Below, piece by piece: positions 1 to 11,360 of a DNA stretch of 64,000 nt. Each line of letters opens with the position of its first letter. Position 1 is the stretch's first letter. The stretch comes from Blastocladiella emersonii ATCC 22665 (Eukaryota; Fungi; Blastocladiomycota). The position numbers and the translations under genes are program-made. The DNA is taken from assembly GCA_025594325.1 (NCBI GenBank), contig JANHCV010000001.1, forward strand, positions 4,092,001 to 4,156,000, given 5' to 3'. Below the pieces are notes generated by a model. That model was not told the origin of the DNA, ran no database searches, and saw only the letters and a program-made list of their open reading frames with translations.

Positions 1-796
1 AAATCTCAGAAATTCTCAGACCACCGCGAATAATGCTCCTAGCACATACTGAGTACATGTGCGCAAAATCAGCCCGATCGAAGGGATAGTCCAATTCAAG
101 AAGCCAAGTCCCAAGTGCCGTTTCGGGCCGAGTTCGTCCAAACGACCAAACCCGAAAGTTTTTTTCAACTTTGCACGGTCGGACGACTTCTCGACACCCC
201 GACATGCCGACTCGGCGATTTTTACATTTCCGGGGTCCCTGAGGGTCCCTGATGACGATCCAATGCTCAGAAAAAAAATATTCGGGTGCATCTCAAATTC
301 AAGCGGCTAAGCCGGGGTCACGTGCGCCTGCAGCAGGGTCGCGTCGTTCACGTCGGCGTGACCCCAAGCCGAGCGAGCCACTTTCCGCACTCGCCCTGGT
401 GCTCCCGCCGCCGTTCACTGCCCGCAACCTTTCGAGCTCGAACTCTAGTCGTAGAGGAACACCTTGCTTGCACGCTCAGCTCTTGAGCGCGCGCGCTCGC
501 AGGCGGCTTGTTTGATCCGCGACCTGATCGCGAGCATGACAGAACCAAGCTCGCCACTTGCAACACACCATCAGATTCACGGAGGCGAAGAAGACGTTTG
601 CAAAAACACGAGGGGGTCTATGTATCAAATCACGCTGCGCTCAAGGGCGCGAGGTAGAGGGGTGGAGGGAAGAAACGATCGCGAGCAGCGACGTGACGGA
701 GGGACACGCGCAGGCTCAACGAGAGACACACACACAAAACTTTGGGGAAGAGGAAGGAGCACACCAGTAGAGACAGAGAACAAAAGGCGACCGACC

Positions 797-2359
797 TTAG
801 GCGACCATGGCCTCGATGATCTCCTTGCGGTCCTTGGCCGTCTCCGAGGCCTTGTCGTGCTCGAGGTGCTGTGCGAGGGCGCGGTCGCTCTCGTCGTCGT
901 CGAGCGTGTCCGGGTTGAGCGCAAACGCGCCCTTGGGGATGAACGTCGACAGGAACACGACCACGCCGGCGCACGACATGACCAGACCCGCCGTGTAGAA
1001 CATGGCGTCCTGCGTCGGCTTGAGGCCGGCCAGCGCGGGGAACTTCTTGGCCGAGCCGTACTTCTTGAGCAGGTCCGCGACAAACGAGTCCTGCACCTTG
1101 CCGATGGCCGTGTTGACGAGCGCGAAGATGATAATGTACAGCACGTACAGGAACGACATGACCGAGCCGAGCGGCGACACGGTCGCCTCCGAGTCCTCGA
1201 TCTTGGCCAGGCGCGACTGCACGTACGCGACCAGCGACACGTCACCGGCGGCCCACCCAAACGACACGGGCACGGCGATCGCCGCGAGGAACCACACCCA
1301 GCCCTCGATGTTGGCAAACGGCGTCGCGAGCGGCAGGATCCACACGAAGAGCAGCGTCAGGGCGTCGAGGCGCAGCCACGGGATGGGCGTCTTGACCGAG
1401 TCGGCGAACAGGAGCACGAACAGCGCGCCGAGCAGCTCGCCAAAGTTGGACCCGGACACGAGCAGCTGCTGGTACGAGCCCGTCGACAGCGCAAAGTTGG
1501 CGTAGTGCGCGAACAGCACGTTCTCGAGGTACCGGTGCAGGACGAGCGGCAGCGTGTAGGCCGGGATCAGCCACACGAGCGACCGGTGCGAGCACACGAG
1601 CTTGAGGCCGACCCACACCGAGTAGAAGAAGGCCTTGACGATGGCAAAGAACTCGGAGAAGAAGTTGCCCGACACGCGCTTGGTCTTGGAGGGCCCCTCG
1701 TACGCCTCGCTCGTCGCGTCCTTGATGCGCGACCACACGAGCGCCGCGCCCGTGAAGGCGATCGGGATCAGGGCCAGCGAGTAGGCGTAGTTGAAGTAGG
1801 CGATCCAGTACTTTGAGAGCAGCGCGCCCGTCGTGCCGGCCACCTCGTAGAAGATGTGCACCGTCGAGTCCATGCGCTTGAGCTTGGACGGGTCCGAGCC
1901 GACAATGTCGCGCGGGATGACGCGGCGGATCAGCTCGATGATGCCGTGGAAGATGCCGACGATCGGGAACAGCACCGCCACGATGAACGGGTTCCAGTCG
2001 CCCGCCTTGTACGTCTTCTCGTTGCCGAGCCCCGTCGACCCGCCGCCCGTCGTCGCCTCGAGCACGGGCACGATCGCCACCAGCAGGCCGAACAGGAAGA
2101 TGGACATGGCCAGCACGCGCGACGTCGGCCACCGCTTGATGAGCGGCGACACGAGCAGCGACCCAATCGACTGCGCCGCGTAGTTGACCGACACCACCGT
2201 GCCCCACGTCGCCGCCGGCGCCACCTTGTACCGGTTGAGCACAATGTTGGACATGCACCCCGTCAGCGTCTCGAGCGCAAACTTATAGCACATGATGCCG
2301 CCAATGTAGATCGTCAGGTTCTTCTTCTCGGCCGCCGAGAAGCCGTCGTAGAGACCCAT
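797..2359 (-). CDS. Major facilitator superfamily transporter, intronless, 520 aa
   Basis: I take the start as MGLYDGFSAAEKKNLTIYIGGIMCYKF (ATG 2359, codon 159 of the 678-aa ORF). Many hydrophobic helices lie in two halves, with loop motifs (LIKRWPTSRVLA, RRVIPRDIVG) typical of MFS. A TATA-like TATAAG lies upstream at about 2520-2525. Confidence 0.8.
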   Translation of the reverse strand: MGLYDGFSAAEKKNLTIYIGGIMCYKFALETLTGCMSNIVLNRYKVAPAATWGTVVSVNYAAQSIGSLLVSPLIKRWPTSRVLAMSIFLFGLLVAIVPVLEATTGGGSTGLGNEKTYKAGDWNPFIVAVLFPIVGIFHGIIELIRRVIPRDIVGSDPSKLKRMDSTVHIFYEVAGTTGALLSKYWIAYFNYAYSLALIPIAFTGAALVWSRIKDATSEAYEGPSKTKRVSGNFFSEFFAIVKAFFYSVWVGLKLVCSHRSLVWLIPAYTLPLVLHRYLENVLFAHYANFALSTGSYQQLLVSGSNFGELLGALFVLLFADSVKTPIPWLRLDALTLLFVWILPLATPFANIEGWVWFLAAIAVPVSFGWAAGDVSLVAYVQSRLAKIEDSEATVSPLGSVMSFLYVLYIIIFALVNTAIGKVQDSFVADLLKKYGSAKKFPALAGLKPTQDAMFYTAGLVMSCAGVVVFLSTFIPKGAFALNPDTLDDDESDRALAQHLEHDKASETAKDRKEIIEAMVA

Positions 2360-2383
2360 CTTGGTGAGGTTGTACGAGTTGTT

Positions 2384-2413
2384 GGTGGTCGGTGGTCGGG
2401 TGGTCGGGTGGTC
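2384..2413. repeat. Four tandem copies of (G)GGTGGTC in the 5' leader of the MFS gene
   Basis: ggtggtc ggtggtc gggtggtc gggtggtc read directly. Confidence 0.8.
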
Positions 2414-3118
2414 TAGGGTGATGTGCGAGGGCCGTCGTCCGTCGTCGGTGCGTAGCAGAGGGTGATGGTTGGTGATCCTGGGGAAACAGCGAGATGGGAG
2501 CGCGGGAAACCTTCCGGTACTTATAGTCGCCGGCTGCCCTTTGTTCGCCGGCTGATGGTCGAAGGTGACCTGCGAGCGCGGCGAACGTGCTCGAACGGCT
2601 TTGCGAGCTGATCCGCGGCGCCCGGAACACTTCCGCTCGACATTTGCACGTTTCACTGCCGAACTGCGCCACACGTTCCGGACCTTCTGGAGCCCCTCCA
2701 GTTGCGAGCTTCGGGTGATCCGGTTGCTCCGCCAGCTGGCGTTGCGCCACATCCACACCGTGAACGTGTCTGGCGCCGCCGGAAGACCAGCGCAAAAACG
2801 TGCTACGACGCTGAACTGCGCGCATTGCGGCAACTACGCAGTCTATCCTTCCAAGGCAGAAAAATGTGTCTCCCGACGCATGTGAGGTCAGCTGATTGTT
2901 CGTCGCGTCGCGTTTCGAGGCAAACGCGTCTCCAACCGCTGCGTGTTTGAGGCCTCATGTTGTCGCACTGCATGTATCCCGTGTACGGTAGTTGCGCCAC
3001 ATGAAGCACTGGTCGCTCGGGGCCCGTGCCAACGCTCAAACGTAACGCCTTCTCCTCCTCGCCTTGCCCTCCTCCCCACCGGCCTGGAACCCATGCAATC
3101 CATCCATATCTCTTGAAG

Positions 3119-4736
3119 ATGATTCCTCCTCAACTCGCCAAAGGCCTCACCTTCGGGGGTTTCGGTCGGGCTCGCCCCGTCGTCAACAGCCACATCGTCG
3201 ACCAGTGTTTGCCGACCCCCATCCCTCCGCAATATGCCGCCGATGCGAACGGCATGGACGTGGACGACGATGATGAGTGGAAGGACCCGTTCTCGTCGAA
3301 CGTCATTGCGCCGTACTTCCGGGGTACGCGAGCTCGCGTCACATCCTCTCGTTCCACCCGACACATTGCACCCTCACATCCTATCGATCACGTTCACCCT
3401 ACATCTCCTCTAACCTTACTCTCGCGGTCGTAGAGGAGGTGCAGTCGCTCTGTGCAAGCAGCAAGAAGCGCGCTTTCGAGCACGACGGTGCGTTCCGGAT
3501 CCACTGTTCGGTTGCTGGACAGGTGGTTTGACATGTTCCCTCACTCGCTCGTAGTTGACCTCTGCATCAACCAGCCCGCTCAGCAACCCGCGCAGCCGTT
3601 CGAGCGCAAGCGCAAGTTCCTTGCGCCGTCGCACGGTGCTGCTCGCCAACTCTCCATCCTCAAGCCCGTTGACTCGGCCATGTACGCTTCCCGCTCGATG
3701 GAGGCGGCGCCCGTGTCCATGAACATCTTCGACCTCAAGGCCGGATTCTCGACCTCGTTCGCCTTCACGTACCAGTCCGTGCTCGAGCAGGCCAAGTCGT
3801 TCGTCACGCCCGCGCCGGTCATGACCGAGGCGGCCAGCTCCAACACCTACGATGGCGACCGCGGCCGCAACAAGCGCGCCCGCATGGGCACTTTTGCCGG
3901 TATCCGTAGCCGCTTCCCGAACCCCTTCAACCGCGCGCCCAGCCCGCCGCCCGCGCCCGCGCCGGCGCCGAACATGTACAGCTGGCAGCCCAAGTGCCCG
4001 CTCAACTTCATGGGCCTGGCCCTCGCGCAGATCTACGACACACCGAACATGACGGTACCGCATCCGTACCAGCGCAACGCCGTGATCCCCAAGTTTGTTC
4101 ACGGCGTGCTGTCCGCGCTCGACCGCGAGCCGGTCCTGCGCGTCGAGGGCCTGTTCCGCCTGTCCGGCAACCCCGAGACCATGCCCGCGACGCTCAAGTT
4201 CCTCGCCCAGACGTACGACCCGGCGACGGTGCACGTCGACTCGCACCCGTGGACCGCGCACGACGTGGCCAACCTGTTCAAGCGCTGGCTCCGCGAGCTG
4301 CCCGAGCACATGTTCCCCGAGTCGACCAACTGGCGCGTCAAGGGTACGTGTGTCTCGCACCCTCAAGTCCCGCGCTTCGTGCTCTCTCGACTGACGCGTA
4401 CTCTGATTCGTAGCGATCGTGGCCACCTGGAACTCGGCCAACGGGAACCCGCAGATCCGCGAGGCGTGCGCCAACGACATGCGCACGGTCGTGCACTCGC
4501 TCGAGCTCCCCAAGCTCGCGGTCCTCTCGATCCTGCTGCACCTGTGCGCGCGCACGCTCGAGTACTCGAGCTCCAACCTCATGACGATTCCGGCGCTGGC
4601 GCGCGTGATCGCGCCCAACCTGTTCACGTTCCCGCTCACGCTGCTCGCCAAGGACGAGTTCGACTGGGCCAACGCGGCCATGGAGATCCTGCTCTCGTTC
4701 CCGGGCGAGTTCTGGTTCACGGCCCGCCGTCCATGA
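3119..4736 (+). CDS. RhoGAP-domain protein, 4 exons (about 3119-3323, 3434-3487, 3575-4343, 4414-4736)
   Basis: RhoGAP motifs EGLFRLSGN (Arg finger), DVANLFKRWLRELPEHMFP and NLMTIPALARVIAPNLF. GT-AG introns join ORFs 3026..3433, 3452..4780 and 4419..4736. Confidence 0.85.
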
Positions 4737-4801
4737 GCGGCAGCGGTGCGGCGTGTGTGCAGACTAAAGCAAATATATAGAAAACTCATTGCGATCCCTG
4801 C

Positions 4802-7800
4802 CTACGCGTACTGCTCGCTGTACCATCCGATCGAGCGCACGTCATCATTGATCATGCGCAGGTGCTGCTTGGCCTTGACGCGGTCGAAGAGCACGGGGCA
4901 TGCGAGCGACTCGCACTCAATGTCCTGGAGCGGGCCGAGCTGTGTGCACTCAAGGCACGCGCGTGCGAGTCGGTCGAACCGTTGCTCGGCCTGCGCGAGT
5001 TTGCGCGTGATGTTGAGCGCCAGCGTCCGCGGATCGCTGCGGCACGCCGCACACAGCGGAGCCGTGGTCATGGTCCCCGCCGCTGAGTCGCCGCCACCAT
5101 CCGCGACGTGGCCCTTGACCTGCTTGTCGCACGAGACGCACGCGCTCGACGTGTAGTACCGGTCGAGCGTGAACTTCTTGGCCGCGTCGGCCTGCGACTT
5201 GGTCAGGCGGCGGAGCCGCGGCGTGGGCTTGGGCATGTCGGCGTACCACTGCGCGATGTCGGCGCCGAACAGCTTGAACAGGCGCTCGAGGGCCGGAATC
5301 ACCTGCTTCGTGATGTAGTAGTGCGCGTTCGGGAAGAACTCGAGGTGCCGCAGGACCTCGCGCGGACACTTGATCTGATCAATGAGCCGGTCGCCCGGCT
5401 CGCCGTACGCGACGAGGTACGGGACGCGCTCGCCGTATTGCGGCTCGGCGCGCGGGTCCTGCTTCATCTTGCGCAGCGCAAGGTACGCGCCGGGTGGCGG
5501 GAGGCCTCGTTCGCTACACGCTCGTCGCTGTCAGTCTTCGCGATGGTCATGCACGCTGCCATCTCGACGTACCTGTAGCTCCCGAGCTTGACAGCCTTGG
5601 CGATGATCAGGTCCGACAGCGGCACGCGGCCCTCGAGCAGTTTGGTGAACTGGCGCTCGACGAACTCCTTGACGAGGCTGAGGTCGCGCTTTTTAAACAG
5701 GATCTCGAGCGACGAGCGCATGATCTTGCCGACGGCCGGGCACCCGTCGCGGCGCACCGTCTCGATGCCCTTGTCGTCGAACGCAGGCTCGGCGTCGGCG
5801 AGCGACTCGTAACTGTACCCGACGTACCGCTTCTTGGTGACGAGGATCGACGGCAGGTACACCTTGGCGAACTTGAGCTCGACGGGCGACGGGCTCGCGC
5901 GGGTCACGGCCGCGGCGATCTCGTGGCCGACCGCGAACGCGCGCTCCTTGGTCGCGCCGCGTAGAACGACGAACACGCTGTCTACACACGAGTCTCGTGC
6001 GTCAGTAGATCGCTGCCTTGCCGCGCCAGTCATCGTGACGTACCCGTGTCACCGTAAACGACGCGCCCGCCCCACTTCGGGTGCGCGTTGATCATGCGGA
6101 TCGTCTTCTCGAGCGTCTCGCGGCCGGCCTGGACGACCGAGTCGCCGAGCTCGACCATGGGCATGCGGCCCGAGAAACTCGCTGCGCAGTAGCCGTACGT
6201 GACGTTGGCGATGAGCTTGAGTCCGAGCTGGCGCGAGTGCAGCATCCTGGTCAAGGCCTGCTCGCGACTGTCAGTGGGGATGGAGGCCACGAGGATGGTC
6301 GAAACAGCGTACCTTGTTGTCCTGGTAGAGCTTCATCGACTGCTTGATCATGATCCGCGTGTCGAGAAGCTCGGAGAGCATCTTGCCGATGATGCTGCCG
6401 CGGACGTGCGTCTTGGCGAACATGATGCCGTTCGGCGACACGGCGAGGTCGGTCTTGCGGATGTTGGGCGGCATCGAGTAGTTGGTCATGAACCCGAGCT
6501 TGGGCGACTGCTGCCCGCCCGCGACGAGCTTGCCGAGACAGGTTGAGAAGCTACACTCGACAAGGAGATGTGTGAGACGGGCGGCCACGGGGAGCGAACA
6601 AGCCTCGGCGATGAGTACCAAAAGTTGTATCCGATCATGATCGACGGGTACAACGACTGGAAGTCGAGGATGACTATGGGGTCCGGGTAGAAGGCCGACT
6701 CGGGCTCGAGGACGAGCGGGAGGCACTCGGACCCGCGCTGGAGCGCGACCTGCTGCTTGGTCGGCGACGCGAGCGTGAACCCGAGCGGGCGCGCGATGCG
6801 GATGAGCATGGACTCGACGCGATACTGCGACCCGCGCGTGAGGACCGACGAGAACTCGATGCCGAACACGCGCGCAAACTCGGCCGTCTGGTCGAGGTAC
6901 TCGCCCTTGACGAGGAGCTCCATGGCCGTGAGCGCGCGCTGCAGCGTGACGCGTAGGGCGCGCTCGCGGGTCGCCGGCGACGCGTACCACCGCGTCAGGA
7001 CGTGGTGCGGGAAGTACGCCATGCGCCGCTTGAGGACCGAGGCGCACATGTTCTGGATCGTGTAGTCGGTCGAGGCCACCTCGCTCTTGAGCAGCCGCCA
7101 CACGTTGAGGATGAGGCGGCCCGTAATGGTAAACGACGAGGTCCGCTTGAACCCCCAGTCGCTGAGGTTCCGCGGATCGAAGACCTTGGGCTTGGTGCTG
7201 AGGATGCGCGAGAGCTCCTGGCACAGATCAAATTCTTCACGGCAAGCGGGTCACGGTCAGTCTTCGTCCAGCGCACGCGATATCCGACGTACTGTATTCG
7301 AGATGGCACCGCTCGACGAGGTACCCCCACGACGACGAGTGCAGCTCGTACCCAACCACGACGTCCGGATCGAGCCCGTGGACGAGGTCGATGAACCCTC
7401 GGAGCAGGCTCTGCTCGTCCGGGTACGTGGTCGTCTTCTCGCGCGCAAACGGCCGGAACGCGCTATCCTCGAGCATGAGAATGCCCCAGCTACACGACAC
7501 CAGACCAGTCAGCGATGCGATCGCGCACTTGAGCGAGCAGTCGTACCGATAGGGCGCGTTCTCGGTGCCCGCCACGCCAGGCACACCCGCGTCGCAGTAC
7601 AGGACGTAGACGATGGCCTGGACCTCGTCAACGGCCGGGTCGGGCAGCAGTTCGCCGCGCGAGTTGGCTAGACACACGCAGGCCATGAAAATCAGCAATT
7701 GAAGCACATTGTCGCGACGACGGCAGAATCGACGCGTACTGTGCAGCTCAACACCCATGCACAGCAGGTGCTGCTTCTCGGCAACGACACCCTCGGCGCG

Positions 7801-10800
7801 GACGTGCGCGGGCCGCGTCGACTGCTGCGTGACGACGGGCGACCGGTTGGTCCCGCCGCGCAGGAGCTCGATCTGCGACATGTCCTGGCGGCGCTGGATC
7901 CGCCGCCGTTTCGCCGCGCCGTCGTCGGGTTTCCCAAGCGTCGCCTCGTACGACGCGACGGCCTGCGCGCGCGTCGGCGGCCGCGCGACCGTGGTCCACG
8001 TCGCGCCGCTCGAGCTCGCGACGTACACGGACTGCGTGGCCTGGAGTACGCTCTCGACGTGCGCGATGGTCGCCATGACGTGCTGGTGCTCGTAGGCCTG
8101 CGTGAGGAGGAGCTCGGCGTCGGCGGGCGGGAGACTCGCGGCGAGGACCTGCTCGAACCGCGGGACGCCGTCGAGCGAACCGGGCACGCGCAACGGGATC
8201 TTGAAGTCGCGGCCGGCAAACGTCTTGGTGCGCGCGGTGAGGTGCGCGTCGCGCGGGTTGCCGTAGTACGGTTGCGCGTGCTCCTCGAGCGGAAGCGTCG
8301 CCTCGAGCAGCGACGCTTCGGCCTCGGCCGGCGTCGGCGGGAGGTGCAGGTACCACATGGCCGTCGACGGCGATGGCGCCGGCTCGCCGATGGTGGCAAA
8401 AGATTCGCCCGTGTCGACGCCGAGGTCAGGGACGTGGTCGCCCGCCGTGTTCATCGGCGACTCCTCGGGCTCCGAGTCTGAGCTAAGGTCGACGACAATA
8501 CGCTTTCGTGGTAGTGGAGGGGGCGGCGGCGGCGGTAGTACAGGATCGGCTTGCCGAGCCTCGGGACTCTCGAATGCATCAAACAACCGCGACTGCCGCC
8601 GCGACACGGGCGGCGAGCCGAACCCGGGGAACAGCGGCGACGTGGCCGCGGACATGGGCTCCTCGCCGAGAATGTTGACTGCGCGGATGGACTCGCGCCA
8701 CGACAGCGGCGACAGGGGCGGGCTCCTCGGGGTGTCGGGCGGCTCGGGCGACCAGATGGGGCCAATGGCGCTGATGGGCAGCTTGACCTTCGGTTTCGAC
8801 CGCATAGCGGCCGCCTCGGCCCGGATGACCGCGAGCGCGGCCTCGTCGACAGGGATGTCGCGGAACCGCCGCTTCTTCGGCCGCGAGCTCGCCGGTTTGC
8901 GACTCGGAGTCGATGCGGAAGCGGGAGCGGGACGCGACGACGACGAGGCGGTGGTCGGTGGCGCGTGGACGACCGGCGACTTTTTCTTCTTGCGCGGCAA
9001 CTGCCGCGGCGGCGGCATGAGCTTGGCCGGGTCGACAGCCGCGTCGACCTCGTCGTCACCCGGCCCGTCGTACTGCGGGATGACGAGCGGCATGCCGGAA
9101 TCGCGGGCGGGCGGCGGCTCGGGCGACTCGGAACTCGCGAGCTCGCCCTCGAACGAATCGGACGGGATGCTGCAGAGGTCAAAGTCGTCGTCGTCAGCAC
9201 CGGGTGCCGAGTACTCGTCGTGTTCCCTCGCGTCGCCTTCCGACTCCTGCGCAGGCGCGGCGGCCAGCGCGGGGTCGTCAAAGTTGATGGCGATCGAGTC
9301 CCACGGAAAATCGTCGTCGGCGTCCTCCTCGTCGTCGCTGCGGCCGTGGCCGTCGGGCCGCGTCCACGGACCAGGACGGTGCGAGTCCGTGTCACCGTCA
9401 GCGCCGTCCTCGAACCCACCGTGGTCGCGCAGGTCAAGTGCCGCTCCACCATCACCAGTGTCGCCGCCGCCCTGGTCCAGCATCCACTCGAGCAGGTCCT
9501 GCGTCAGGGCGACGTCGATCTCGGGGTTCGACGCCTGCGAAAGCGCGGCGGCGGCGGCGGTAGGCGCTGCGGTTGTCACGGCCTGCGATGCGGCCACGAG
9601 CTGCTGCGTGAACTGGACGAGGTCGGGGTACCCAGCGACTTCGGCCGCGACGTCGCCCGCCTCCTGCGCGACCACAGGCGCCGGCGCCGTCGTCGGCCCA
9701 AATCTGTGCGCGCGCGGGACCGGCGGCGTCCCGGCCCGCGCGATACCCGGCGGGAGCGAGCGCGCCCACATGGTGCCGACGGTATCCTGGATCCACGGCA
9801 TGCGGAGTAGCGCAGGCGGGACGTCGGGCGTGACGTTGGCCGACTCGACGGTCGCGTGGCTCGGCGGGGCCGCGGCGGGCGAGGTGCCGGGGTCGGGGAC
9901 CTGCCGCTTGCGCTGCTGGAACATGGCGTCGAGTTCCTGGTCGTGCGCGGCGGCGGCGTCCCACGGGTCCATGGCGGTGCCGCGGACGATGGGCGCGGGG
10001 ATGTCGCACTGCGGGATGCCGAGGAGGGTGCGCCGCTTGGCCTCGTCGGCCCACAGGGCGTCGAGGGAGCTGATGATGCGGACGCGGTTGTCGAGGACGC
10101 TCGCGGCGGTGCCGGCGGTCCCGGCGACGGGGCTCGCGGTGACGAGCGAGGTGCGGAGCAGCTGAGCGCGGCGGCGCGGGTAGTTGGCGATATGCGCTGC
10201 GGTAGTATCAATTTCAACGTCGCACCGGGAGGTCCGGCGGCACGCGGCGGCGGGGACACGGCCGGCGTTCCACTGGATTTCGAGCGGGACCGTCCCGGAC
10301 ATCCACCCGCGGCGGCCCGGGTGCACGGGCATGCGGAACAGTGCCCAGTCGAGGTCCATCCAGCCCATGCCGTCGATGGCGTGGTCGGCGAGGAACTGCA
10401 GCAGGTACGGCAGGTGCGCCTCGTGCGGCTGCATCGGCGTGTGCAGGACCGCGCCCGACGCGAGCAGCTGCGCGAGCCGCGATTTCAGGTCCGGGTTCGC
10501 CAGCCAGATCTTGAGGAAGCACTCGGGACCGGCATGGTACCCGTAGAAGGGCGTCGCGCGTACGGGCGTGATGGCGATGACGTGGTCCTGGCGCATCTGC
10601 CATGGCCGGTTCCCGCCGCCGCCGCCGCCGCCTTGAGGCGGTCGTGGTGGTGGTGGTGGCGGAGGCTGGTCGCCGTTGACCTCGGGCTGCGACCCGTCCA
10701 TGCGCGGCTGGTTCCCCGAAGGCGACGCTGACAGCGCCGCGTTGATGGCGAGACCGAGCCGCTGGATGAATGCGCCCACTACACTGCAGTTAGTCATCGC

Positions 10801-11152
10801 AATCTCGCTCAGCGCCTAGGAAACACGACGTACACGCATCCCCGTCGAGATCGCCTAGGTACGGGACGAGGAGGTACGGGTACACGCCGTGGACGTGGAC
10901 GCATGCGCGCTGGTCGGTGCCCTTGATCAGGCCAAAGATGCGGATGACGGGGACGCGCGACAGCTTAGCGAGTGCGTCTCCGGCGCCGAGCGACTCGCGG
11001 AACGGCGCGTAGGCGCGGTCGAGCGGGCCGGGCGCGACGAGGACGTGGTCGAGCGACGCGATGCGGATCGACATGAAGTGCGGGTCGTCCTGGGCGTCGG
11101 CGGCGCTCCCGTCGCTGCTGCTGATGCTGCTAGTGGTTACATGGGGATGCAT
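4802..11152 (-). CDS. REV3: DNA polymerase zeta catalytic subunit, multi-exon
   Basis: N-terminal VPVIRIFG/HVHGVYPYLLVPY; PolB motifs LDFQSLYPSIMIGYNF, RQLGLKLIANVTYGY, VVYGDT and LVTKKRYVG; C-terminal CysA (CVSC..CAAC) and CysB (CLEC..C..CPVLFDR) clusters; long low-complexity central insert typical of Rev3. Confidence 0.95.
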
Positions 11153-11360
11153 GGGTAGTCTGTATGCGAGAGATTCATAGGAGGAGATGTGAGGGAGAGA
11201 GAGGACGAGCGGAGACGCGCGCGCGCCGATCGACCTCGCGTCAGGGGCTGGTTGTGACTCAGTCCCCGACAGCCGAAGCTCGACCACTGCCGACTACGCT
11301 GGCGGTTGCTTCAAAGTATCAAATGTTTTTAGTGTTTTCCGGAATGTGTACATGGTGCGA

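Noticed and set aside
2360-2833. 158-aa N-terminal extension of the MFS ORF
   Set aside because: It begins at a non-ATG codon, runs through a TATA-like element and a short repeat tract, and has non-host codon usage. It is most likely promoter and 5' UTR.
7490-7745. Odd insertions inside the 1186-aa REV3 ORF, and the 34-aa insertion in C1-THF synthase (43659-43760)
   Set aside because: They are bounded by canonical GT..AG with branch sites, so they are ordinary introns that happen to lack in-frame stops; they are not inteins or novel domains.
7900-10100. Very long Pro/Asp/Ser-rich region in REV3
   Set aside because: Large disordered central insertions are an established feature of Rev3 proteins.
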